A DNA stretch of 64,000 nucleotides from IMG/VR virus record IMGVR_UViG_3300033066_002242, positions 1 to 64,000 of that record. One strand, 5' to 3'. Numbering within the stretch: position 1 is the stretch's first letter; the number at the start of each line of letters is the position of its first letter. Shown here piece after piece: positions 35,385 through 44,502 of the stretch. The translations under genes were made by a program, and so were the position numbers. The stretch comes from a virus. Taxonomy: Duplodnaviria; Caudoviricetes. The notes beneath the pieces were generated by a model, which was not told the origin of the DNA, made no database searches, and saw only the letters and a list, made by a program, of their open reading frames with translations.

Positions 35385-35760
35385 GGAGCTCCTCCTGCAT
35401 GCGCAGTAGACGAGGCAGGACACAGTGAACCGTGGTGACGTCCTTTTCGGTGCCCACCACGCCTATTACCTCCCCTCTATCCTCGATAGGCCTGCACTCC
35501 AGGCGGACCCATTTTCTGCACCCCTGGCCGTCCTCCTTTTCGACGTCCAGAGAGGCATTGAAGTCCTTGCCTGAGACGCACTTGTCAAGGTAGGCGTTGA
35601 CCAGGTCCAGGTTACGGGTGCGCAGAAAAGAGCGGCACCAGTCCGTATAGGAGGTCCCCTTGTTGTGCCACAGGTGCTTGTGGTCGGCGCTGAGCATCCA
35701 CACGTCCTGGTCGATCATGGCCAAGACGGTGCTCAGGGCTTGAGGCTGAGGAGTAAGCAT
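35365..35760 (-). CDS. Stand-alone PAS/PAC domain protein
   Basis: WVRLECRPIEDRGEVIGVVGTEKDVT is a canonical PAC motif. Confidence 0.7.
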   Translation of the reverse strand: MLTPQPQALSTVLAMIDQDVWMLSADHKHLWHNKGTSYTDWCRSFLRTRNLDLVNAYLDKCVSGKDFNASLDVEKEDGQGCRKWVRLECRPIEDRGEVIGVVGTEKDVTTVHCVLPRLLRMQEELRGHVNP

Positions 35761-35774
35761 AGTTGCCTCCGAAC

Positions 35775-36197
35775 TTAGCTGCGTCCGCCGGATGTGGCAG
35801 CCAGGGCCAATCCTGCTGCCCCTGCCCCCGCCCCAATGCGGTAATTGGTTTGGTGGCGCAGGGACTGTTCGTACCCGGTGTGGTCAATACCCTTGGACTT
35901 CAGGTACATCAGCTTGCCTTCGCCGGTCATGCCCTCCATAGCCTTCATGTGGGCATCTACCTGGTTCTCCATCCCGGCAGCCCGGGTCAGTTTGCCTTTG
36001 GTGGCCTGTACGTGCTGTACGATCGTATGCTGGAGACGAGCATCCGCGTTTTCACCGGTGAGGTGCCCCAGAAACCCGGAGTGGTTGGCAGCGAGGGCGG
36101 TGTCTCCGGCTTTTCCTCCAAAGGTACTCAAAAGAGCCTTGCCGGGCAGTGCAGCGGCCACCTTGACCATGGCGTCCAGGTAAGCGTTATCGGTCAT
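35775..36197 (-). CDS. Leader-family virion cargo with C-terminal anchor
   Basis: MTDNAYLDAMVKVAA...IGAGAGAAGLALAAT. Confidence 0.8.
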   Translation of the reverse strand: MTDNAYLDAMVKVAAALPGKALLSTFGGKAGDTALAANHSGFLGHLTGENADARLQHTIVQHVQATKGKLTRAAGMENQVDAHMKAMEGMTGEGKLMYLKSKGIDHTGYEQSLRHQTNYRIGAGAGAAGLALAATSGGRS

Positions 36198-36205
36198 GGT
36201 GCACC

Positions 36206-37393
36206 TCAAGAGTTGTTGGAAGAAGGACGAGTGGCCAGGGCCGTGATTCCGGCCGCAGTAGCCACTCCGCCACCCACTGCCAGACGGGAGTGACCACGGG
36301 CGCGGATGGAGTTCTCCAGGGGTGCAGTATCGGCGTGGATGCCGCGCAGGTACTGGACCTGCCCCTGCTCGTCCAGACTGCCCAAAGCCTTCATGTGATC
36401 ATTATAGGCCAGTTTGTCATTGCCCGACGCCTTGGCGACCGTGTGCCGCAGCACAGAATCAGTGTTGGCCCCGGTAAAGGACGCCAGGTGACCCGACTCG
36501 ATGGCGGGAGTGTCGATACGTTCCCGAGGAGCCGGAGGGGCAACAGGCGTCGGAATTTCGGCGGGAGCCGCGTCCTCGATAGCCTTGCTGACCTTGTCCT
36601 TGGCGTAGCGGTGCAAACTTTCTTCCGGGGACAAGCGGGTAGGCATGAAACCTTTTATGACCACGTGGCCCTTGAATTGCCCCTTTTGCCAGTCATCATG
36701 CAGGTTGCCAAACGCCTTGATGTGCTTGCCTTCTACGCCGGCTTGCTGCATGACGTCCTTGATGCGCCCGTCCACCTCCAATGCACCCGGCGTCGAGGAG
36801 TCCAGGTTTATCCACTTACGACCGACGTTGTTCTGCAGGTAGTTGAGGCGCTCCAGCGGGGCGTTGGGGTTCTTGCCGGACTGCAGCACGCCACGCAGGT
36901 GGTCGATGATGTTGTCAGCCGTGTTGACAATCGCGTGCTCACCCACCTTACCGGCCGGCAATTTCAACGACACGGACCCCGTCTTAGAGCCTGGGTTGAT
37001 GTGCGCCTTGGCAACCCGAGTGAAGTCGGACACCATATCGTTGGTGGCGCCAGCTTCTTTCAGCGTGCGGCGCAGGCCTTCTGCTACTGCCCTGGTGGTT
37101 TCCAGATGCTGCGCATGGGAGACGGTACCCTGCTTCAGGCCATTCATGGAGTCCGACAGCACTCCCCGGAAATGGGAGATACGGTCATCCGGGTCCATCG
37201 CCCGGAACTTCTGCTCATCCATCCAGCCCGTCACCTCTCCACGAAGCTTGCCTGGTACACTGGCTACGGCTCCTTTGATCTTGCTCGCCCCTGCCCGGAG
37301 GCCGGGGGAGTTGGCGAAGTTACGGGCAGCCTGGACAGAGTTCTGGAAGATACCCGCTTGTTTGGACATTTCGTCCATGTACCGATTGGTCAT
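36206..37393 (-). CDS. Leader-family virion cargo with C-terminal anchor
   Basis: MTNRYMDEMSKQAG...LAVGGGVATAAGITALAT. Confidence 0.8.
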   Translation of the reverse strand: MTNRYMDEMSKQAGIFQNSVQAARNFANSPGLRAGASKIKGAVASVPGKLRGEVTGWMDEQKFRAMDPDDRISHFRGVLSDSMNGLKQGTVSHAQHLETTRAVAEGLRRTLKEAGATNDMVSDFTRVAKAHINPGSKTGSVSLKLPAGKVGEHAIVNTADNIIDHLRGVLQSGKNPNAPLERLNYLQNNVGRKWINLDSSTPGALEVDGRIKDVMQQAGVEGKHIKAFGNLHDDWQKGQFKGHVVIKGFMPTRLSPEESLHRYAKDKVSKAIEDAAPAEIPTPVAPPAPRERIDTPAIESGHLASFTGANTDSVLRHTVAKASGNDKLAYNDHMKALGSLDEQGQVQYLRGIHADTAPLENSIRARGHSRLAVGGGVATAAGITALATRPSSNNS

Positions 37394-38046
37394 GATTCTC
37401 TCCGATGAAACATCGCATACCCCAAGAATGGAGCACCAATGGCGCCACCTACGATTGCTGCTGTGGAGTGGAGTCTAGCGTGCTCCGCCCCGGTAGCGTA
37501 GATGGCCGACTTTAGCCTGGCTGCTTTGGCGGCTTCTTGCGCAAGCACTGCTCTACGACTCAAGAGGTGTGCCACACCTGCCGCCACACCTGCAGAGGCC
37601 AGTACTGCTCCACCCGCAATGGAGGCCCCGCGTCTGCCCGATGATCTTTTGGCGGCGGATACCACCGCGTCCTCCCCAGGCCCTGCCAACAAAGACTCTA
37701 CGTGCTCAGCAGAAGGTGCGTAGGACGTGCGTACCGGAGAAGACGGATGGGCAGAATTCCACACTTCGCCAAGCCTGGCTTTATGCTCAGGACCTCCATG
37801 CTGCATAATGGCAAGTCTGGCTTCATGGATGCTTGCATTCCCTGACGACAGATGAGAATGCAGCAGCTGTAAAGGATGCTCGGGGTTGGTGAGTATGTCT
37901 GGGAGAGGAGTACCGGCAGGAGGGTACAGGGTCCCATGAGTTGCCAGTACGTGGCTTTCAGCGTCATCTATTGCATTTGACAGCTTGGTCTTGACGGCAT
38001 CCACTGCCAGCAGCCGCGTCTGCTCCTTCTCTGTTGTATGTGGCAT
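37390..38046 (-). CDS. His-rich protein with two Gly/Ala hydrophobic segments
   Basis: GGAG RBS before ATG 38046; IAGGAVLASAGVAAGV and AIVGGAIGAPFLG. Confidence 0.75.
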   Translation of the reverse strand: MPHTTEKEQTRLLAVDAVKTKLSNAIDDAESHVLATHGTLYPPAGTPLPDILTNPEHPLQLLHSHLSSGNASIHEARLAIMQHGGPEHKARLGEVWNSAHPSSPVRTSYAPSAEHVESLLAGPGEDAVVSAAKRSSGRRGASIAGGAVLASAGVAAGVAHLLSRRAVLAQEAAKAARLKSAIYATGAEHARLHSTAAIVGGAIGAPFLGYAMFHRRES

Positions 38047-38062
38047 GACTCTCTCTCCATTA

Positions 38063-38965
38063 TCAGTTGCTAAGGGCGCGGCCGGCGACAATGCCGCCCA
38101 CGACGCCGCCGCCTACGAGCATGCCTTTCTGGGCAGTGGTCATCTTGGCGGCCTCTTTCCCAGCCTCCAAGCCCGCAGCGTGACCGGCTTCGTGGCCAGC
38201 GGTTCTGCCGGCGTTATACAGCATTTTGCCTGCCACCCCTGCGGCGCCTGCACCGGCAGCTACCTTGGCTGCGCCTTTCCGGGTGAATCTTGGCGTCTGC
38301 AAAGCTGACGTTGCAGCCTGCTGTGGGCTGGTGTTTTGCAATCTCACGTTGGTCGGCACGGAGGGAGGTGCCAGAGGAGCTCCGTGGGCGTGAGTGGCGG
38401 ACGTGCTGGCCGTGGAGTACGGCGTACTGCTGCCGGGTGCCGCGGCCTGTGGCGTTGCCGGAGCTTGGGGCTGTGCCTTGGGCGTTGCCGGAGCTTGGGG
38501 CTGTGCCTTGGGCGTTGCCGGAGCTTGGGGCTGTGCCTTGGGCGTTGCCGGAGGCTGCTGAACGTGCGTGCTGGAAGTGGCCGCAGGAGGAGCCAGCGGT
38601 GCCCCGCCAGCATGGGTTGCGGTCGCAGTGTTGGCTGCTGGAGTTTGTCGCTTGAGGTCGGCGTACCTTGCACCTGGAGCGTGGGCGTACCCAGGGTACC
38701 GCTGCTCCATGATCCGGTTCATCGCAGCGTGGTCCCTGGGGCCCCCGTGCCAGCTTATCGTACGCTTTATCGCCTCATCGTCGATGTGGTCTTTGGTTAG
38801 TACCTGCGACATGTCAGACGTTAAAGGTTTTCCAGTGGAGTGTGCCACTGCTGCCCCGTAGTCCGACGACGTGACGCGGTGCATAATGTGACGAAGTTCC
38901 TTCTCGCCGACGTCTGTCAGTGCCCCTGCCACTTTGACCATGGCGTATAGGTACCGGTTGCTCAT
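38063..38965 (-). CDS. Leader-family virion cargo with PAT-rich repeats
   Basis: MSNRYLYAMVKVAG...LVGGGVVGGIVAGRALSN. Confidence 0.8.
   Translation of the reverse strand: MSNRYLYAMVKVAGALTDVGEKELRHIMHRVTSSDYGAAVAHSTGKPLTSDMSQVLTKDHIDDEAIKRTISWHGGPRDHAAMNRIMEQRYPGYAHAPGARYADLKRQTPAANTATATHAGGAPLAPPAATSSTHVQQPPATPKAQPQAPATPKAQPQAPATPKAQPQAPATPQAAAPGSSTPYSTASTSATHAHGAPLAPPSVPTNVRLQNTSPQQAATSALQTPRFTRKGAAKVAAGAGAAGVAGKMLYNAGRTAGHEAGHAAGLEAGKEAAKMTTAQKGMLVGGGVVGGIVAGRALSN
38451..38553. repeat. 30-bp tandem repeat x3.4 (PATPKAQPQA)
   Basis: Identical units at 38451, 38481 and 38511. Confidence 0.95.
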
Positions 38966-38979
38966 ACTTCTCTCCACTA

Positions 38980-39921
38980 TCAGTTGCTAAGGGCGCGGCT
39001 GGCGACAACGCCGCCCAAGACGCCGCCGCCTACGAGCATGCCTTTCTGGGCGGTAGTCATCTTGGCAGATTCTACCCCGGCGGCAAGGCCAGCGGCATGA
39101 CCGGCTTCGTGGCCAGCGGTTCTGCCAGCGTTGTACAGCATCTTTCCCGCCACCCCCGCAGCGCCTACGCCAGCAGCTGCCTTGGCTGCGCCTTTGCGAG
39201 TGAACTTAGGGGACTGCAAGGCAGACGTTGCAGCCTGCTGCACAGAAGGAGAGCCCTGTTGGAAGGATACGTTGTAGGAGGTTCCAGGATGACCCAATGG
39301 AGCCCCATGCGCGTGAGATGCCGACGTGTTGCCGCCACCAAGAAGGGGAACATCATCCGCCATGGTGTACGGGCCACTGGTATGAGTGGCAGCAGCGGCA
39401 GGAGCCTTAGGCGCAAGATGATCAGCAGCTACGGGAACATCATCCGCCATGGTGTACGGGCCACTGGTACGAGTGGCAGCAGCGGCAGGAGCCTTAGGCG
39501 CAAGATGATCAGCAGCTACGGGAACATCATCCGCCATGGTGTACGGGCCACTGGTACGAGTGGCAGCAGCGGCAGGAGCCTTAGGCGCTGCACTGCGCAC
39601 CGCTCCTTTCCCTGCCAAGGCGGATTGCGCGGCTTGAGGCAGAGATGGCGTAGAACGCATGCCCGCCAGCATGCGCTCTTGATGAAGTGCTCTGCTCTCC
39701 AGACGTTGTCCGTGCTCTACTACGGCCTGCTGGAGAGTACTAAGAGCTGGCGCAGCGGCAGCATGAGCAGCAGGAGTCGCAGCGGCTTGAGGCAGAGATG
39801 GCGTAGAACGCATGCCCGCCAGCATGCGCTCTTGATGAAGTGCTCTGCTCTCCAGGCGCGCAGCAGTGCTTGAGAGCAAGCCAGCCACTTTTACCATGCC
39901 CGACAGGTACACGTTGTTCAT
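38980..39921 (-). CDS. Leader-family virion cargo, paralogue of 38063-38965
   Basis: MNNVYLSGMVKVAG; shared C-terminal ~100 aa. Confidence 0.8.
   Translation of the reverse strand: MNNVYLSGMVKVAGLLSSTAARLESRALHQERMLAGMRSTPSLPQAAATPAAHAAAAPALSTLQQAVVEHGQRLESRALHQERMLAGMRSTPSLPQAAQSALAGKGAVRSAAPKAPAAAATRTSGPYTMADDVPVAADHLAPKAPAAAATRTSGPYTMADDVPVAADHLAPKAPAAAATHTSGPYTMADDVPLLGGGNTSASHAHGAPLGHPGTSYNVSFQQGSPSVQQAATSALQSPKFTRKGAAKAAAGVGAAGVAGKMLYNAGRTAGHEAGHAAGLAAGVESAKMTTAQKGMLVGGGVLGGVVASRALSN
39346..39588. repeat. 87-bp tandem repeat x2.8 (29 aa)
   Basis: Units at 39346, 39433 and 39520. Confidence 0.95.
39629..39855. repeat. 74-bp exact direct repeat pair
   Basis: 39629-39702 equals 39782-39855. 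Confidence 0.9.
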
Positions 39922-40403
39922 TGGTACTGCTCCTGGTTGCGAGAGGACAAAGCACTGGTAGCGCCAACAGCGGCCGCAGCGGCGGTCCCTGCCCGGGATG
40001 TCGCTCGCAGGTTCATGGCCGCCTGCGCGTCTTTGACAGCGGCAGGTCCGAGATTGTCATGTGCGTATTGTAGCTTCTCAGCGTCGGTCATGCCGCGCAA
40101 GCCTTTTTCAAATTTAAGTGTCAGGCTTGGGTTGTTGTACTTGAGACTGGCGTGGGCCATCAGCACCTTGTTCACGCCGCCACCGGCCAACGTGGTCACG
40201 GCGTTGCCCACGCCTTGCGCCGCCCCTTTTACGGAGCGTACTCCTGCATCGAGAACGCTGCCCATCACGCCGGGGTTCTCCACGCTGCCCGCGACGGGAA
40301 GCACAGGCTCGGCGGCAGTGGCGCGCTCCAGCAGCCCACCCGTCCAGCGTCCTACGGAGAACTTGACAGCCAGCTTGGTCATCTCATCGTGGTAGCGATT
40401 CAT
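39918..40403 (-). CDS. Leader-family virion cargo
   Basis: MNRYHDEMTKLAV...AGTAAAAAVGATSAL. Confidence 0.8.
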   Translation of the reverse strand: MNRYHDEMTKLAVKFSVGRWTGGLLERATAAEPVLPVAGSVENPGVMGSVLDAGVRSVKGAAQGVGNAVTTLAGGGVNKVLMAHASLKYNNPSLTLKFEKGLRGMTDAEKLQYAHDNLGPAAVKDAQAAMNLRATSRAGTAAAAAVGATSALSSRNQEQYQ

Positions 40404-40404
40404 G

Positions 40405-40815
40405 TCAACCCCCGTAAGAGGCCATTCCGTACAGCGCCCCCAGGGCAGCGGCAGCGGCAGGGATGCCTACGCGCATGTGCCGGGACAGGCGGGTAGCTTC
40501 CGGAACCAAGGTGCGGCTGAGGTCGGCCTCGATGGCGCCGACACGGGCGAAGTGAGCACGCTCATGCTCCCGCAGTGCAGTCATCGAAAGGTTCTTGCTG
40601 GCGGCGTCCTGGAACTTGGCGGCGGACTCGGCCTGCAGGGACTCCGACATGGAGCGCAGGTACAGGTTCTGAGCCGCTGCCTGGACGTTGCGTTCCGGAA
40701 TGCGTGCCTCATGGACGCGCACCCCAAAGTGGCCCAGAGCCCCGCCCACGATAGCGCCGGTGGTCAGGTACGGGATAGCGGACGGACGACCGTCGTGGAA
40801 GGTAGGTTCAGTCAT
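40405..40815 (-). CDS. Two-Gly-zipper protein
   Basis: TGAIVGGALG and GIPAAAAALGALYG. Confidence 0.75.
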   Translation of the reverse strand: MTEPTFHDGRPSAIPYLTTGAIVGGALGHFGVRVHEARIPERNVQAAAQNLYLRSMSESLQAESAAKFQDAASKNLSMTALREHERAHFARVGAIEADLSRTLVPEATRLSRHMRVGIPAAAAALGALYGMASYGG

Positions 40816-41363
40816 GAGTATTGCTTCCGATTATGCCGGTTGGCGTGGAAAACGTCGGTGTAGAGGGACTCTGCCAGAAGATCGGCCGCAGCGATGTAGC
40901 CACCGTGGTACGCAGCGTACTTCCAGGGATGAAGAGGTAGCTCACTGGCCTGCTTGTACATGCTGTGGAGGGCGTAGGCTCCAGCAGCGCCAGCGGCCAA
41001 GGTCGCGCCGTAGCCTATGGTGGCGGGTCGCTCTGCCAGGAACTTGCCGATGCTGTTGCGGATGGTGCCTTCGGTGTTGCTGGAGAGAAGGTCATGCCCC
41101 ATGTCGGAGACAACCTTGGTCAGCCCGGCTTCTTTGGTATGGAACATTGCGGCTCCTGCTCCGTAGGCGGTAGCGCCAATGCCGAGGACTTCCGCCGTGC
41201 GGATGGCATCCGGGTGCCGCTGGGCAAAGGTGCCGATGCTGGTGGCCACCAGCTTGCCGGTAGGTCCCATGTCTTGCGCATGCTCTACCAGAATGGATCC
41301 CTTACGGGCTATTTCTGCCGGCTCATTGCGGAGACCAGCTTCTATCATGCTGCCGAGTGACAT
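40812..41363 (-). CDS. Putative polyprotein of tail-anchor modules
   Basis: GGAGG RBS; two hydrophobic segments each followed by KEAG or KQAS. Confidence 0.75.
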   Translation of the reverse strand: MSLGSMIEAGLRNEPAEIARKGSILVEHAQDMGPTGKLVATSIGTFAQRHPDAIRTAEVLGIGATAYGAGAAMFHTKEAGLTKVVSDMGHDLLSSNTEGTIRNSIGKFLAERPATIGYGATLAAGAAGAYALHSMYKQASELPLHPWKYAAYHGGYIAAADLLAESLYTDVFHANRHNRKQYS

Positions 41364-41384
41364 GTGTACCTCCACGTTCACCCT

Positions 41385-41393
41385 AGTTTAGCA
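41385..41393 (-). promoter_or_regulatory. Candidate late promoter (TGCTAAACT)
   Basis: Just after a terminator, 22 nt before ATG 41363. Confidence 0.55.
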
Positions 41394-41412
41394 TTGGCGG
41401 TTTGACGCAAGC

Positions 41413-41441
41413 AAAAAAGGCGGGCACTAAGCCCGCCTTTT
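41413..41441. terminator. Terminator after the capsid operon
   Basis: AAAAGGCGGGC-actaa-GCCCGCCTTTT. Confidence 0.85.
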
Positions 41442-41459
41442 CAGTACCGCCAGATGCCG

Positions 41460-42518
41460 TTACCGAGCGCGCGCCATGGCACGAGCCAGGGCTTCTGCCT
41501 TGGTCGATACCGGAGTGGCAAAACCGGTGTCAGCTTCCGATGCCTGCTTGTGATGGTAGGCGTACGCGCCGCCGGCAGCCAAGCCGATGCCGCCGGTCAG
41601 GGCAGCAGCGACAAAGGCACGCGGGTGAGTTTCAATCACGTGGCGAACACCTTCCACACCGCTCTGCATGGCCTGGTTGGCGTGTTCCAGAATCGAGAAC
41701 GATTCACGGGACATGCCTTCCGGAGCTACTGCAGGAGCAGACCAGGCGTGCAGACGGTTGAGACCGTTGGACGCTGCGTTCAGCGTGTTTTCAACGCCGG
41801 AGTTGACCGCACCGTAGGCAGCAGAAGCGCCTTGACGAACGCTGCTGCTAACGCGACCGGGCAGTTCACCAGCCCACGCCTTGCCGCTGGCAACATGGCC
41901 GCTGACTGCAGCCGCATTGGCGCGCGCTGCGTCGATGCGATTACCCATAATCCGGCCCGGGATGTGGAAAGGGGCGGCCATGAAGTCGGTGATCACACCG
42001 GCCTGCTTGGTGTGCGAGTACACGCCATAGCCGATGCCGCCGATACCGCCAGCCGCCACCGCAGCCGTCACTGCCAGGGCAGACTTCGGGTTCTGGTGGA
42101 TGAAGGCCGCGAGAGTGCCCATCGCATGCTCCACATGGGTTGCCAGCGGGGCGTGAACCCCGGCAGCTTCCGCTTCGTGGATGCTGTGGTGCACCAGCTT
42201 ACCTGTAACTCCGTGCAAGGCGTCCAGGGCGTGAGCCTTGGCGGTGTTAGCGTGGCCAACCACGGTGTCACGTACGCCACCGGCGTAGCCGCTGACTGCG
42301 CTGCCGACAGCATGAGCGCGGGCACTGACCGCGGAGCCCACCGAGTGGGCGGCTCCGCTGACAGCATTGCCCACGCGCTCCAAGCCATAAGGCTTGGGCG
42401 CTGTCGGAGCAGGACCAAAGCGACCTACGGCATTGCCAAAGCTATGGCCGTATCCTTCCAGTCCGGAGACAACGCGCTGGATCAGCCCGTCATCCGCGAT
42501 CTTGGTCATGTCGTTCAT
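41460..42518 (-). CDS. Putative polyprotein virion cargo directly after the MCP
   Basis: MNDMTKIA; two modules ending in a Gly-rich TM segment plus KQA. Confidence 0.8.
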   Translation of the reverse strand: MNDMTKIADDGLIQRVVSGLEGYGHSFGNAVGRFGPAPTAPKPYGLERVGNAVSGAAHSVGSAVSARAHAVGSAVSGYAGGVRDTVVGHANTAKAHALDALHGVTGKLVHHSIHEAEAAGVHAPLATHVEHAMGTLAAFIHQNPKSALAVTAAVAAGGIGGIGYGVYSHTKQAGVITDFMAAPFHIPGRIMGNRIDAARANAAAVSGHVASGKAWAGELPGRVSSSVRQGASAAYGAVNSGVENTLNAASNGLNRLHAWSAPAVAPEGMSRESFSILEHANQAMQSGVEGVRHVIETHPRAFVAAALTGGIGLAAGGAYAYHHKQASEADTGFATPVSTKAEALARAMARAR

Positions 42519-42535
42519 ACCTGCTCTCCTGGGAA

Positions 42536-43633
42536 TCAGACGTCGCCGTCGGCTTCAATGTCAAACGCAGCCAGGCGGAAGCCTTGCACGTTACCGTAGC
42601 CGATACCGACCGATTCGTACACGTAGAACTCGACCATGTCGGCCTCGTTCTTCAGGAACACCGTCGGCTCTTGCAGGCTGTAGAACTGGCCCAGATAGCC
42701 TTCGGGGGCGAAGATCGCCACCAGGTCACCGATATAGCCAGCATCAAGGTGTTCGCTCAGACCAGAGGTCATGATGTCCAGCTTGATGGTCGGAATGAAG
42801 GTGTAGCCATACATTCCGTTCATTTCCTCGCCACGGAAGTGGGAGTCAGCCAACAGCGAACCCACCACCGAGCTCGGACGAGACAGCAGCACGTTGTACA
42901 GGGTGTACGGCAGCAGGATCTTCGCCGGCTTTTGACGCGCGCCAACCAACTGGTTGATGGCACGGATCATGGTCTTCACGCCGAAGCCAGGACCCTTGTG
43001 GCTGGTGCCGGTGTCGTACCCAGGAGAGTAGATGCCGGTCTGCGAGGCCAGGCCGCCTGCACCGAGGTTCACCTTGTATGCGTAGTTGGCGTCAACTGCG
43101 TAGGCAGGGTTAACCACGACAGCACCGGCAACCAGCATGGTGCCGTGGTTGGCTGCAGCGATCTGCTTCAAGCCTACCATGTGGTTCACGTCTTCCTGTT
43201 CGTGAATATCCTTGACGCTGTTACCCTGGATGACCTGACGGATATCCGTGGCGTAGGTGGCCAGTTCGTACTTGGACTTCTTGAAGACCTTGGAAACGAT
43301 CTTCTCGAAAGTCACCTCGTACCGTGCGCCCTTGAAGTAGCGCACTTCGCTGGTGCCCAGCAGGGAGATCGTGGCAGCAGTGGAGTCAGGCTCCTTCTCC
43401 ACGATCTTGCGCGGCTGGTCGGTATCAACGTCGCGGTCCAGGTCCGCCGAGGTCAGCAGCTGCGGGGTGTAAATCTGACGGGTCGTGCCGTCTTCACGCA
43501 GCTTCTGGCGAACAAAGGCGGTCATGGACGTTTCGGCCGCCTTGGTCATTTGAGGGTCACCGCTATTCAGGCGGTCCACGAAAGCCGTATTGAAGAGACG
43601 GACATTGGTGGTTTCGATTCCATATTCAGCCAT
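42536..43633 (-). CDS. Major capsid protein
   Basis: Size and position after protease, scaffold and decoration genes; strongly biased codons; N-terminal MTKAA site. Confidence 0.75.
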   Translation of the reverse strand: MAEYGIETTNVRLFNTAFVDRLNSGDPQMTKAAETSMTAFVRQKLREDGTTRQIYTPQLLTSADLDRDVDTDQPRKIVEKEPDSTAATISLLGTSEVRYFKGARYEVTFEKIVSKVFKKSKYELATYATDIRQVIQGNSVKDIHEQEDVNHMVGLKQIAAANHGTMLVAGAVVVNPAYAVDANYAYKVNLGAGGLASQTGIYSPGYDTGTSHKGPGFGVKTMIRAINQLVGARQKPAKILLPYTLYNVLLSRPSSVVGSLLADSHFRGEEMNGMYGYTFIPTIKLDIMTSGLSEHLDAGYIGDLVAIFAPEGYLGQFYSLQEPTVFLKNEADMVEFYVYESVGIGYGNVQGFRLAAFDIEADGDV

Positions 43634-43645
43634 GTCAGCTCTCCG

Positions 43646-44113
43646 TTACTTGACTTCGATGACGGCAGACGACGGTTGACCGCCGGTGCCAGGGATGATC
43701 TGCAACACAGTGCCAGCATAGGCATCCGTAAGGACAGCAGCTTTTTTGAACACCCCGGGTGCGCCTCCTGCCAGAGCAGTGGCCACCACGTGGTCGCCAA
43801 CAGCCAGCAGCGGGTCGAACTTGGTCGTACGTACCAGGTAGTTACCCCACAGCACGATTGGACGCTGAGTCTTGGCGACCGACTTGTCGTCGCTGGTGCC
43901 TCTCACCACGATGCCGAAGCTGGCGTACAGAGTGCCGTTGGTAGGCTTGACCAGTTCACTGGACGAGTTCAGCACCACCAGGTCGCCGTTAGCGCAAGTA
44001 ACGCCGGCAGCCATTTTGAAACGGTTGGATTCGCGGTTACCGGAATCCGGGGAAGTAGGCCAGCCGCGCAGGAACTCAGCGGGGTAGTCCATGATATTCA
44101 GGTCAAAAGCCAT
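43646..44113 (-). CDS. Head decoration/cement protein
   Basis: Beta-rich, GDLVVL...FGIV...GDHV pattern; precedes the MCP. Confidence 0.55.
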   Translation of the reverse strand: MAFDLNIMDYPAEFLRGWPTSPDSGNRESNRFKMAAGVTCANGDLVVLNSSSELVKPTNGTLYASFGIVVRGTSDDKSVAKTQRPIVLWGNYLVRTTKFDPLLAVGDHVVATALAGGAPGVFKKAAVLTDAYAGTVLQIIPGTGGQPSSAVIEVK

Positions 44114-44139
44114 TTCAGTGTCTCCTGAAAGGTGAGTCG

Positions 44140-44502
44140 TTAATTGAGACCAAAAGCGAAAGCTTCCATCGGGTCGACGTCTTGCCCAGCCTGGGAAGCC
44201 GCTTTGCCCATTTCCCAGCCTTCCTGGGGATTCCGCATGGTGTTCGCCACTTTGCGCAGCAGGTCTGCCGGCAAGGTATCGACCATCATCTGGGCTTCAC
44301 TCGGAGTCAACCCGGAAGACGCGAGGTCTTCAGAGGCGTCCTGCAAAGAAGCCTGCTTTACGGTCTCCAGGGTCCCTTCCAATGCCATGAGTTTAGCTTG
44401 CAGGTCCTCGATCGTGCGATCTTTTTCCGTCAGAAGCTCTGCGGATTTTTCAAGGATGCCTGCCAGCCGCATCTTTTCAGTTACGGATACAGTTTCGGTC
44501 AC
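44140..44502 (-). CDS. Scaffold-like KxA-rich coiled-coil protein
   Basis: GTGA overlap; four KxA sites; C-terminal DPMEAFAF. Confidence 0.6.
   Translation of the reverse strand: MTETVSVTEKMRLAGILEKSAELLTEKDRTIEDLQAKLMALEGTLETVKQASLQDASEDLASSGLTPSEAQMMVDTLPADLLRKVANTMRNPQEGWEMGKAASQAGQDVDPMEAFAFGLN

Noticed and set aside
35775-42518. Bacteriocin/RiPP precursor cluster
   Set aside because: No double-glycine leader, transporter or modifying enzymes; context and KxA motif tie these genes to head assembly.
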